A DNA stretch of 64,000 nucleotides from Pedobacter sp. (GTDB lineage: Bacteria; Bacteroidota; Bacteroidia; Sphingobacteriales; Sphingobacteriaceae): positions 83,244-147,243 of the forward strand of contig JAVHXV010000008.1 of assembly GCA_031119475.1 (NCBI GenBank), in the 5' to 3' direction. Position 1 is the first letter of the stretch. Each line of letters starts with the position of its first letter. Shown here in pieces: positions 38,956-48,060 of this stretch. The position numbers and the translations under genes are program-made. The notes beneath the pieces are model-generated. The model saw only the letters and a program-made list of their open reading frames with translations. It was not told where the DNA came from and made no database searches.

Positions 38956-41766
38956 ATGAAAAATTTTAGTAAATTAATATTGGCGGTACTGGTGGCCATC
39001 GGCGGAAGGGCAGTTGCACAAAAGTTGCCCCAGAACCCCAACCTGTTGACCGGGAAATTGGACAACGGTTTTACCTATTACATCTATAAAAATGATAAGG
39101 CCAAGGGCAATTCGGTACTGAGGCTGTTCTTGAATGCAGGATCGCTGCAGGAAGATCCAGACCAATTGGGACTGGCGCACTTTATCGAGCACATGGCCTT
39201 CAACGGCACCAAGCATTATTCGAAAAATGATGTCATCGAATTTCTTGAATCAAAAGGCGTAAAATTTGGGGCCGATTTGAATGCCCATACCAGTTTTGAC
39301 GAGACGGTCTATAAGATCAGCATCAACACGCAGGACGAAAAAAACCTGGAGAAATCAATTGACATTATGGGCGATTGGGCTTTTGGCGTAACCTTCGACC
39401 AAAAGGAAATTGATAAGGAAAGAGGTGTAGTGATTGAAGAGTGGAGAAGCAAGCAGGGAGCTGCGGATCGTTTAAGGGAGCAATATCTGCCTGTACTGTT
39501 CAACAATTCGAGATATGCCGAGCGTTTGCCTATTGGCAAAGTAGACATCCTTAAAACTTTCCCACGTCAGCGCATCGTTGATTTCTATGAAAAATGGTAC
39601 CGCCCTGACCTGATGTCGATTGCCATTGTAACCGATATCGATCCAAAAAAGGTCGAAGGATACATCAAGAACGAATTCAGCAGCTATCGTGCAAAGAGCA
39701 AGGCAACGCGCCAATTTTATGAATTGCCGGTACACAAAGATACCCTGACCTCTATCGTGACCGATAAGGAGGCTTCTGGCATTGAACTAAGCATTTTTAG
39801 CAAGATCCCAGCTTTTAAGGGTATCCAGACTGAGGTCGATTATAAAAACCAGCTTACAAGGGCATTCTTTAATGCCTTGGTCAAAAATCGGTTCAATCGG
39901 GTTTCGCAACTACAGAATAATTTTAAGGACGGTAGCCTATCCATCAGCAATATCGTACTCAAAAATGGCGTAGTTGCCAGCGGGGTTTCGCTCTATCACG
40001 ACCAGGTGAACGAGGGAATCAAAAGTTTCCTTACCGAAGCCGAGCGCATTAAACGCTATGGCTTTACGAGCGATGAGATCTCGAAATTACGCGAAGAGTA
40101 TATCGCGAGCATCAAGCGTTCGGCAGCTGCCGAAGATAAAACGGAGTCCGAAACCTATGTAAATGAAATCCATGACCTGTTCTACAATGGAACTACGATG
40201 CTGGCAAGGACAGACCGCAATAAACTGGCCCTGAAATATGCACCGCAAATCGATTCTTTGACCGTACTGAATTTCTTGAGATCGGTAAACCGTGAAGGAA
40301 ATACCGTGGTGCTGCTTACCGCACCTGAGAAAGATCGTGCAAGCCTGCCAAATGAGGCTACATTAAAGTCATTATTTGCGAAGGCGAAATTGGAGAAGAT
40401 CGACGTGTGGAAGGATGAAGTCTTTATTCCGAAACAGTTGCTGAGCAAGCAGCCCGCAAAAGGAAATGTGGTAAAAGAAGAGCAGATCAAAGAAGTGGGC
40501 GTTACCAAATGGACTTTGTCTAATGGAACCACTGTGTATCTCAAACCTACAACCGAGCGTAAAAACTACATTACCATCTCTGGATTTAGAACAGGTGGCA
40601 TCTATGCCCTTGATTCGACGCAATATGTGACCTCACAGTTTGTAAAAGCTGTAACTGGGCTGAGTGGAGCTGGCGATTTCAGCAGAAGGGCCCTGACGCA
40701 ATACCTGACCGGAAATTCTGCATCAGCTACGCTTGTGCTGTCGAGTACACGTGAAGGTGTGGTGGGCAGTGCCGATTGGAAGGATGCCAAGACCATGTTT
40801 GAACTGATGTACCTAAAGTGGGTGTATCCGAACGCCGACCCCCTGACTTTTGAGCAGGCAAAACGCCAGGCTTTGGAGCGTTTGGACAACAATAAATTGG
40901 CACCAAACTATGAATACAACAAGGCCATTTCAGAACTGTTAAAAGGTGACGATGATTATGAATCGGATATTTCTGCCGAGCGCATCAATAAGGAATTGGA
41001 CTTTAAGCAGATTATCCCTGTGTTCAAAAGCAGGTTTGGTTCTGCCAAAGACTTTCAGTTTGTGATTGTGGGCGGTTTCAATGTAGACAGCATCAAACCT
41101 TTGATTGAGCAATACATTGGCGGCTTGCCGGGAGGCAGCTATAACGACAAATTCAGGTATAAAGGTCCGAATGGTGGAAAAGCACCAAAAGACATCCTCA
41201 TTTATGCAGGGAAGGCACCAAAGAGTACTGTGAACCTATTTTATCAATCTAATGATGTAGCTTACAACTACCGTGAGATCTTATTGCAGACCTTGTTGCA
41301 GGAGGTGCTCAAGGTAAAACTCCGCCTGAACCTGCGCGAAGAGAACTCTGGGGTGTACGGCGTGGGCGTATCGATCTCATCGACCAGCATCCCATCAACC
41401 CTGATCAGATCGCGCATCACTTTTACCAGTGCGCCAGAATCGGCAGATTTTCTGATCAAGCAGGCACAGCTGGAAGTACAGAAAGTGGCAGACAATCCGA
41501 ATTATTTTGTAGGCGACCTGACCAACATCAAGCTGCAGCAGATTGAAAGCTATAAAAAACAGGCAGGAAAGAACCTTTTCTGGAGTTCATCGCTTCGGAA
41601 CCAGTTCTATTTCAATTTCAGGGATTTTAGCTACTTCAACAACTATGAAAACATGGTGAACAGCATTACCCCTGACATGATTTCAGCCTATGCTAAAAAA
41701 TATTTAATCCAAACCCCGAGCATCAAGGCCGTACTGATGCCAGAAAACTATAAAAAACTAAATTAA
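38956..41766 (+). CDS. M16 family zinc protease (PqqL-like), periplasmic
   Basis: SPI signal, HFIEH (HXXEH), NAHTS, ERGVVIEE, C-terminal LREE..GVY. Confidence 0.93.
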   Translation: MKNFSKLILAVLVAIGGRAVAQKLPQNPNLLTGKLDNGFTYYIYKNDKAKGNSVLRLFLNAGSLQEDPDQLGLAHFIEHMAFNGTKHYSKNDVIEFLESKGVKFGADLNAHTSFDETVYKISINTQDEKNLEKSIDIMGDWAFGVTFDQKEIDKERGVVIEEWRSKQGAADRLREQYLPVLFNNSRYAERLPIGKVDILKTFPRQRIVDFYEKWYRPDLMSIAIVTDIDPKKVEGYIKNEFSSYRAKSKATRQFYELPVHKDTLTSIVTDKEASGIELSIFSKIPAFKGIQTEVDYKNQLTRAFFNALVKNRFNRVSQLQNNFKDGSLSISNIVLKNGVVASGVSLYHDQVNEGIKSFLTEAERIKRYGFTSDEISKLREEYIASIKRSAAAEDKTESETYVNEIHDLFYNGTTMLARTDRNKLALKYAPQIDSLTVLNFLRSVNREGNTVVLLTAPEKDRASLPNEATLKSLFAKAKLEKIDVWKDEVFIPKQLLSKQPAKGNVVKEEQIKEVGVTKWTLSNGTTVYLKPTTERKNYITISGFRTGGIYALDSTQYVTSQFVKAVTGLSGAGDFSRRALTQYLTGNSASATLVLSSTREGVVGSADWKDAKTMFELMYLKWVYPNADPLTFEQAKRQALERLDNNKLAPNYEYNKAISELLKGDDDYESDISAERINKELDFKQIIPVFKSRFGSAKDFQFVIVGGFNVDSIKPLIEQYIGGLPGGSYNDKFRYKGPNGGKAPKDILIYAGKAPKSTVNLFYQSNDVAYNYREILLQTLLQEVLKVKLRLNLREENSGVYGVGVSISSTSIPSTLIRSRITFTSAPESADFLIKQAQLEVQKVADNPNYFVGDLTNIKLQQIESYKKQAGKNLFWSSSLRNQFYFNFRDFSYFNNYENMVNSITPDMISAYAKKYLIQTPSIKAVLMPENYKKLN

Positions 41767-41770
41767 TCAC

Positions 41771-43549
41771 ATGAAAAATCTGAAGAATTTAATCTTGATT
41801 GGGCTCTTAGTAGTTGTAGGTGCTTTCAGCTCCTGCAAAAAAGATCCTGTGATGTACGATAAGGGTTTTACTTCCTTTAAGTTCGTTGTTAAGAATACAC
41901 TAGGTGTAGATGTGGAATATCCGGGAACAATTGTAGGCGACGAAATTGTTGTCCAACTTCCGATTGACGTAGACATTACCAGCCTGAAGGCAAGCTTTAC
42001 GATTGACAATTCAAGGACCATTGTACAGGTAGGCCCAACTGTCCAGGAATCTGGCATTTCGGCACAGGATTTTTCATCGCCTGTGGCCTATCGCATCAAA
42101 GCAGAAGACAAAAGTACCCGCACCTATACCGTAAGGGTTGAGCAAAAAATTGCCTTGAAATCGTTTGGATTTTTTAAGGCTGATAATCCTAATCTGACCA
42201 CCGATTATGTAGGCACGATCAAGGGGCTGAATGTTTTCATTAACATGACCGATGATGTAGACCTCAGCAATCTGATCGCCCGCTTCGAAACCACAACAGG
42301 CGCAACACTTAAGGTTGGAGCTACTGTGCAGACCAGCAAGGTAACACCGAATAGTTTCGTGGCACCGCTCACCTACTCATTCAACGATCCGGCTTTGACA
42401 AGTCCGGTAAATTTTGTGGTGAACATGGTATTTGAGCGTTCGTGGTCGCTTATCGGTACAAACCTGACCGGAAAAGTGAGTGCAAGGGACATCAAGGTCG
42501 CCATTAACCCATTGACCAACAATCCGAGCTTTATCTATTACAGGACCGGTACTGATGAAGCTGGTGTATCGATACCGACCGACCAGCGCAAGGTTGCAGT
42601 AATGGGCTACAATGGCACCACTTGGGCCTTCTTGGGCAACCAGACTGGCATTTATCCATACCGTGCAGATGGCGGGAGTTTGGCATACGACAAAGATGGC
42701 AGTTTGCATGCTGCTTTTAAAGATTATGGACCAACCACTACCAGCGATCTGAGAGCAACTTTTGTTAAATACAATGGCCTAGACTGGACCATCTTAAATA
42801 CCAGGTTTACGCCATTAAAGGCTGATTACATTTCCCTCATTTTTGACAAGAACAATAATCCGCTAATGGGAATGATGAGGACCAGTGCGGCCGATAACGT
42901 GAACAATCCACCAGTGGCAGCGAGAGGACTATATGTAACCAGCAATACAGGTGGCACATGGACCAACATTACGCCTCCAGGCGGGATTATTGTAGCTTCA
43001 CAACATACTGTATTTGGTTTGGACGGGAAAGTCTATACTGCCGCAATGGACAGGACTTCTGGCTCGAATAAGCTTTCTGTATTCCAGTATGACAACAATA
43101 CTTGGAAAACCATCGGCCCTGCTTCCTTCTTGGGACCAGACAACGTAGCTGGTTACATTTCTGTAAGGGTTGCAGCCGATAAGGATGGGGAAGTGTACCT
43201 GGCGTATCAGGCAGCACCAACCTCTGGAAGGATTGACCGTGTAATGAAGTACAATAAAACAGCCAATATCTGGCAAGAGCTGGGAAATCCGGTAGCTACA
43301 GGCGGCGAAGCAGACAAGTTTGCATTGGGCGTAGACCAGAACGGTGTACTGTATATGGCTTGGGCCAATGCTTCATCTGTAAACATGCGGACCTTTAACA
43401 AGGTAACCAACAACTGGAATCCTGAGAAAAAGATCATCAGCGAGAAGGTGGTTGAATTTGATATGCAGGTTGCAGCAGATGGAACAGCCTATCTGGTGGC
43501 CAGCTTAACCTCAAACAACAGTACTGTTGCCTATAAATATTCAAAATAA
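41771..43549 (+). CDS. Surface lipoprotein: two DUF5018-like Ig domains plus a predicted beta-propeller
   Basis: Lipobox FSSC-KKD; 'QESG..AQDFSSPV.Y.I.AED' repeat; about six 'Y-x-G/N-x-x-W-x-x-L/I-G' blades. Confidence 0.75.
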   Translation: MKNLKNLILIGLLVVVGAFSSCKKDPVMYDKGFTSFKFVVKNTLGVDVEYPGTIVGDEIVVQLPIDVDITSLKASFTIDNSRTIVQVGPTVQESGISAQDFSSPVAYRIKAEDKSTRTYTVRVEQKIALKSFGFFKADNPNLTTDYVGTIKGLNVFINMTDDVDLSNLIARFETTTGATLKVGATVQTSKVTPNSFVAPLTYSFNDPALTSPVNFVVNMVFERSWSLIGTNLTGKVSARDIKVAINPLTNNPSFIYYRTGTDEAGVSIPTDQRKVAVMGYNGTTWAFLGNQTGIYPYRADGGSLAYDKDGSLHAAFKDYGPTTTSDLRATFVKYNGLDWTILNTRFTPLKADYISLIFDKNNNPLMGMMRTSAADNVNNPPVAARGLYVTSNTGGTWTNITPPGGIIVASQHTVFGLDGKVYTAAMDRTSGSNKLSVFQYDNNTWKTIGPASFLGPDNVAGYISVRVAADKDGEVYLAYQAAPTSGRIDRVMKYNKTANIWQELGNPVATGGEADKFALGVDQNGVLYMAWANASSVNMRTFNKVTNNWNPEKKIISEKVVEFDMQVAADGTAYLVASLTSNNSTVAYKYSK

Positions 43550-43573
43550 CACACCACACATTTGAACATCCCG

Positions 43574-43604
43574 ACCCATCAAGATCAGTCTTGGTGGGTT
43601 TTTT
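43574..43604 (+). terminator. Intrinsic terminator closing the Sus-like locus
   Basis: ACCCATCAAGA-TCAG-TCTTGGTGGGT plus T-tract. Confidence 0.8.
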
Positions 43605-43784
43605 GTTGCGTGGGTTGTGGGCTAAAGGTTGAAAGGTTGTAAAGTTGAAAGGTTTCAAAGTTGTAAGATATCAGCATTCCGCTTTATCCTTTTGGCTTTT
43701 TGCTTTCCGCTTTTTGCTTTACGTTTTCCGCTGTGCAGCCTTTGACATAACTTTTAACTTTCAACTATTTCGTATTTTTGCCGC

Positions 43785-44486
43785 ATGACAAACATTCAAG
43801 TAATTGCCTTCGATGCCGATGATACACTTTGGGTCAACGAGCCCTATTTTCGCGAGGCCGAAGAGAAATTTTGTGCGCTGCTCGAAGATTATCTGCCCCT
43901 ACATAGTGTAGCCAGTGAGCTTTTTAGGATTGAGATCCAGAATTTACCATTGTATGGGTATGGCGTAAAAGGATTTATGCTGTCTATGGTAGAAACCATT
44001 CTGACCATTACCAAAGGTACAGCCAGTCTGGCCACGATAGAAAAAGCAATTACATATGGCAAAGAATTGCTTGATAAGCCCATCGAACTCTTAAAGGGCG
44101 TAGAAGATGTATTGTTAGCCTTAAAGGGGAAATACCGGTTGGTGGTGGCCACCAAGGGCGATCTGCTCGATCAGGAGCGAAAACTGAAAAAGTCTGGCCT
44201 AGAATCTTATTTCCATCACATTGAAATCATGAGCGACAAGCAGGAATATGATTACCTGAAACTCTTAAAACATCTGGACTGCAAGCCCGAAAACTTTCTG
44301 ATGATCGGCAACTCTTTAAAGTCTGATGTTTTGCCGGTATTGGCGCTCGGTGGCCATGCCGTACATATCCCCTATCATACCACTTGGGCCCATGAAGTGG
44401 TCGAGCACCATGTGGTACATGAGCATTTTAAATCGACCGAAAACATTACCGACATTTTATCCCTACTCCATGAAGCAACGGTTTGA
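43785..44486 (+). CDS. HAD family hydrolase
   Basis: FDADDTLW, ATKGD, MIGNS..SDV. Confidence 0.9.
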   Translation: MTNIQVIAFDADDTLWVNEPYFREAEEKFCALLEDYLPLHSVASELFRIEIQNLPLYGYGVKGFMLSMVETILTITKGTASLATIEKAITYGKELLDKPIELLKGVEDVLLALKGKYRLVVATKGDLLDQERKLKKSGLESYFHHIEIMSDKQEYDYLKLLKHLDCKPENFLMIGNSLKSDVLPVLALGGHAVHIPYHTTWAHEVVEHHVVHEHFKSTENITDILSLLHEATV

Positions 44487-45099
44487 CCTCGAGAACTGGT
44501 CCAGAAAAGATCATTTTAACTTTTTCAATAGGTTTGAAGAACCTTTTTTTGGGGTTTGTGTACACATCGACTGTAGCATTGCCTATCAGCGATGCAAAAC
44601 GCAAGGTTATGGTTTCTTCCTTTATTACTTGCATCAGTGCCTAGCGGCGGCAAATGCCATCGAAGCTTTTAGGCTAAGGATTGCCGATGGAGAAGTATTT
44701 GTGTATGATGAAGTACATGCATCTGCGGTAATCAACCGCGACGACCATACTTTTGGTTTTTCCTATATCGATTTCCACGAAGCGTTTGAAGTTTTCCAGG
44801 CCGGCGCAAAACAAGAGATCGACCGTGTAAAAAACAGTAAGGGCTTGGTTCCTGCTGGATCTGGTGATCATGTGCTGCACATATCGGCCATGCCATGGCT
44901 AAATTTTACCTCTTTATCACATGCCAGGAGCTTTTCGTTTAAAGATAGCTGTCCAAAAATCTCCTTTGGCAAGATGACAATTGAAGGAGCGCAAAAATTG
45001 ATGCCTGTTTCCATCCATGTTAACCATGCGTTAATGGATGGCTATCATGTCAGTTTATTCGTGGATGAGTTTCAGCGGAGAATGAATATGGAAGCCTAA
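44470..45099 (+). CDS. Type-A chloramphenicol acetyltransferase-like O-acetyltransferase
   Basis: 'W.RKDHFNFF', 'SAMPWLNFTS', catalytic 'VNHALMDGYH'. Confidence 0.85.
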   Translation: MKQRFDLENWSRKDHFNFFNRFEEPFFGVCVHIDCSIAYQRCKTQGYGFFLYYLHQCLAAANAIEAFRLRIADGEVFVYDEVHASAVINRDDHTFGFSYIDFHEAFEVFQAGAKQEIDRVKNSKGLVPAGSGDHVLHISAMPWLNFTSLSHARSFSFKDSCPKISFGKMTIEGAQKLMPVSIHVNHALMDGYHVSLFVDEFQRRMNMEA

Positions 45100-45221
45100 T
45101 GACTTGTAATCAATCAAATTTTATAATATCTTGCTTCCATTCTTTGGTCCTTACCAAACACTGCGGCCAATGAAATTATAGCTGATAAAACTTACCTTTG
45201 AAAAATTAACTCAATTACTGA

Positions 45222-46121
45222 ATGAAACCAACTTTATTAATACTAGCTGCCGGTATGGCCAGTAGATATGGCAGCATGAAACAGGTGGACGGCTTCGGGC
45301 CTAATGGCGAAACCATTATCGATTATTCCATTTATGATGCCATTAAAGCTGGGTTCGGCAAGGTTGTTTTTATTATCAAGGAAGAATTTGAAGACAATTT
45401 TAGAAAGATATTTGATCCAAAACTTAAAGGAAAGATTGAAGTAGCGTATGTTTTTCAAAATTTTGACCTTAAACAGTTCGGCATCGACGAAGAAATCTAC
45501 CGCGAAAAGCCCTGGGGAACGGCACACGCCATTTTATCGGGCAGAAAAATCGTAAAAGAACCATTCTGTGTCATTAATGCCGATGATTTTTATGGTTTCG
45601 ATGCCTTTAAAAAGATGGTCGATTTTTTAAATGATGAGGCCAACGACAGCAACTTCTCCATTATTGGCTATCAGATCGGAAAAACACTTTCAGATTTTGG
45701 CGCAGTTTCCCGCGGTGTCTGCAAGGTTGATGAAAGTGGAAACTTGGTAGAGATCATCGAAAGAACGAAAGTTTATCAGGAAAATGGCGTAATCGTCTAT
45801 GAAGAGCATGATGATAAGTTTCCGCTTGATTTCGAAACGCCAGTTTCCATGAATTTTTGGGGTTTCACACCTGCCGTATTTAAAATCACTGAAGAGCTGT
45901 TCAGGGAATTTGCAATGGAAAACAAATCCAATCCAAAAGCAGAATTTTTCATCCCCTTGATCGGTGAAAATTTGGTAAAGAGCAATACCGCAACTTTTAA
46001 AGTGGTTCCGACCAGCACCAAATGGTTTGGTGTAACTTATAAGGAAGATAAGCCCTTTGTACAGGCCAGCATCGACCAGCTGATCAAAGATGGCGTGTAT
46101 CCTGAAAAGCTATGGAACTAA
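45222..46121 (+). CDS. Sugar-phosphate nucleotidyltransferase
   Basis: LAAGMASRYG..KQ, PWGTAHA, VINADDFYG; promoter TACCTTTG at 45193. Confidence 0.88.
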   Translation: MKPTLLILAAGMASRYGSMKQVDGFGPNGETIIDYSIYDAIKAGFGKVVFIIKEEFEDNFRKIFDPKLKGKIEVAYVFQNFDLKQFGIDEEIYREKPWGTAHAILSGRKIVKEPFCVINADDFYGFDAFKKMVDFLNDEANDSNFSIIGYQIGKTLSDFGAVSRGVCKVDESGNLVEIIERTKVYQENGVIVYEEHDDKFPLDFETPVSMNFWGFTPAVFKITEELFREFAMENKSNPKAEFFIPLIGENLVKSNTATFKVVPTSTKWFGVTYKEDKPFVQASIDQLIKDGVYPEKLWN

Positions 46122-47191
46122 CGGTAAGTCCTGAAATCCTTGCTGCCTATGGTTTTTCTTCAGAGACGGCAAATGTTAAGCAAATCGGTTCGGGGCACAT
46201 CAACAGTACTTTTTTGGTCGATATAGGGGATCGATCTTATGTGCTCCAAAAAATAAATACAGCTGTATTCAAAGATCCATGCGCTATTGCCCATAATGTC
46301 AGTGCAATTGCAGATGACTTGGCAAAAAACCATCCAGACTACCTTTTTCCGGCGCCAATCCCAGCCTTAAATGGGGAGCTGATGGTGAACCACCAGAATG
46401 AATACTGGCGTTTATTGCCCTATGTGGTCAACACTGTAGCACTTGATACCCTCACCGATCCTAAACAGGCCTATGAGGCTGCCAAGCAATTTGGCAAGCT
46501 GAGCAGGTTGCTGAACAAGTTTGATCCTGGTCTCCTCAAGCCAACTATCCCGGGCTTTCATGACCTGGCCTGGCGATATGAGCAATTTGACTTTGCGTTG
46601 CAACAAGGTGATGAAAAATTACAGCACATGGCCGCAGATGAAATCGAAACGGCCAAGCATCATCATTTTTTGGTCTCGTACTTTATTTCTTATCAGCAGC
46701 ATGGTGATTTTCCAGACCGTGTGATGCACCATGATACCAAGATCAGTAATGTGTTATTGTCTAAAGATAATTTTACAGGCGTTTGTGTAATCGATCTGGA
46801 TACCCTGATGCCAGGCAAGTTTATTTCTGATCTGGGCGATATGATCCGCACCTATGTATGCGCCTTTTCAGAAAACGAGACCGACCTTGAACAGATTACG
46901 ATACGTATTCCTTATTTTGAGGCTATGATCAAAGGTTATTTGTCTGAAATGGCCCCTATCCTGACCAATACCGAAAAAGAATTGATCCTCTTTGCTGGAA
47001 AATACATGGTTTATATGCAGGCACTCCGGTTTTTGACCGATTTCTTAAACGGCAGCATCTACTATCCGATCGCCTATCCCACCCAGAATTTAGATCGTGC
47101 CAGGAACCAGTTCAAGCTTTTATCCGAACTCTTTGAAAAAGAGAAGATCCTCCAAAGCATGATCGAGGAATATCTGGGCAATCTACTTTGA
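46112..47191 (+). CDS. APH-fold sugar 1-kinase (N-acetylhexosamine 1-kinase-like)
   Basis: GSGHINSTF, LQKIN, HHDTKISN, IDLDTLMPG, QALRFLTDFL.G. Confidence 0.8.
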   Translation: MELTVSPEILAAYGFSSETANVKQIGSGHINSTFLVDIGDRSYVLQKINTAVFKDPCAIAHNVSAIADDLAKNHPDYLFPAPIPALNGELMVNHQNEYWRLLPYVVNTVALDTLTDPKQAYEAAKQFGKLSRLLNKFDPGLLKPTIPGFHDLAWRYEQFDFALQQGDEKLQHMAADEIETAKHHHFLVSYFISYQQHGDFPDRVMHHDTKISNVLLSKDNFTGVCVIDLDTLMPGKFISDLGDMIRTYVCAFSENETDLEQITIRIPYFEAMIKGYLSEMAPILTNTEKELILFAGKYMVYMQALRFLTDFLNGSIYYPIAYPTQNLDRARNQFKLLSELFEKEKILQSMIEEYLGNLL

Positions 47192-47304
47192 CAAAGTCCA
47201 AAAAAACATTCTTTTTATTGAGTTAGATGGGGCTGAAGTTTGACAATCTTTTAAGATTGCCAAAGTATCTATCTTTTTTTATCTTCGGTTGCTAACACTA
47301 AACT

Positions 47305-47994
47305 ATGTCAAAAATCCACAATGAAATTAAAAAAGAGTTTCAGATCGAAAGGATGATCCTCTTTACCGATGCCGTATTTGCGATTGCGATTACACTTTTG
47401 GTCATCGAAATCAAGGCACCTTCTATCCATCTCTTGTATGACGGGTTAAAAAAAGGCGAGCACCTCAACAATCAGATGATCATCAATCAATTATTGGGGA
47501 TGATCCCTTTGTTTATTGGATTTATCATCAGCTTTTTTGTGATTGCCATTTATTGGCGGTCCCATCATCGCCTGTTCTCGTTCATCAAGGATTACGACGA
47601 TGGGCTAATCTGGCTTAATTTTCTTTTCCTGTTTACCATCGTGCTGATGCCATTTAGTTCAGCCTATTACAGTGAAAACACCAATTATAACATCCCATTC
47701 TATCTCTATTGTGCCAATGTTTCGGCAACTGGCTTCGCTAATTACTTTTTGCTCAGCTATATCATTAAGCATAAGGGCAGGATTTCTGAAGGCTTTGATG
47801 AACTCAATTCGCGCAAATTGGCCCGATGGAGAACATTGACCATCCCTGCCATTTTCTCTTTTGGTGCATTATTATCTGCCATTATTCCGTCTCCGTGGCA
47901 CATGCTCAGCCGCATGTCGCCCATGCTGATCTGGCCCGCCATGATCATACTCCATAAAGTTTTTGGAAAGACAGGCCAAATCGAGCAGAAATAA
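47305..47994 (+). CDS. TMEM175 family potassium channel
   Basis: 'ERMILFTDAVFAIAITLLV', 'YW..HH.LF'; multi-TM. Confidence 0.9.
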   Translation: MSKIHNEIKKEFQIERMILFTDAVFAIAITLLVIEIKAPSIHLLYDGLKKGEHLNNQMIINQLLGMIPLFIGFIISFFVIAIYWRSHHRLFSFIKDYDDGLIWLNFLFLFTIVLMPFSSAYYSENTNYNIPFYLYCANVSATGFANYFLLSYIIKHKGRISEGFDELNSRKLARWRTLTIPAIFSFGALLSAIIPSPWHMLSRMSPMLIWPAMIILHKVFGKTGQIEQK

Positions 47995-48020
47995 AAAAGT
48001 CCCTCAGATTGAGGGACTTT
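47994..48020. terminator. Bidirectional intrinsic terminator
   Basis: AAAAGTCCCTCA-GAT-TGAGGGACTTTT. Confidence 0.8.
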
Positions 48021-48060
48021 ACTAGTCCGGATTAAAAATCCGGACCAACAATTCTAATAA

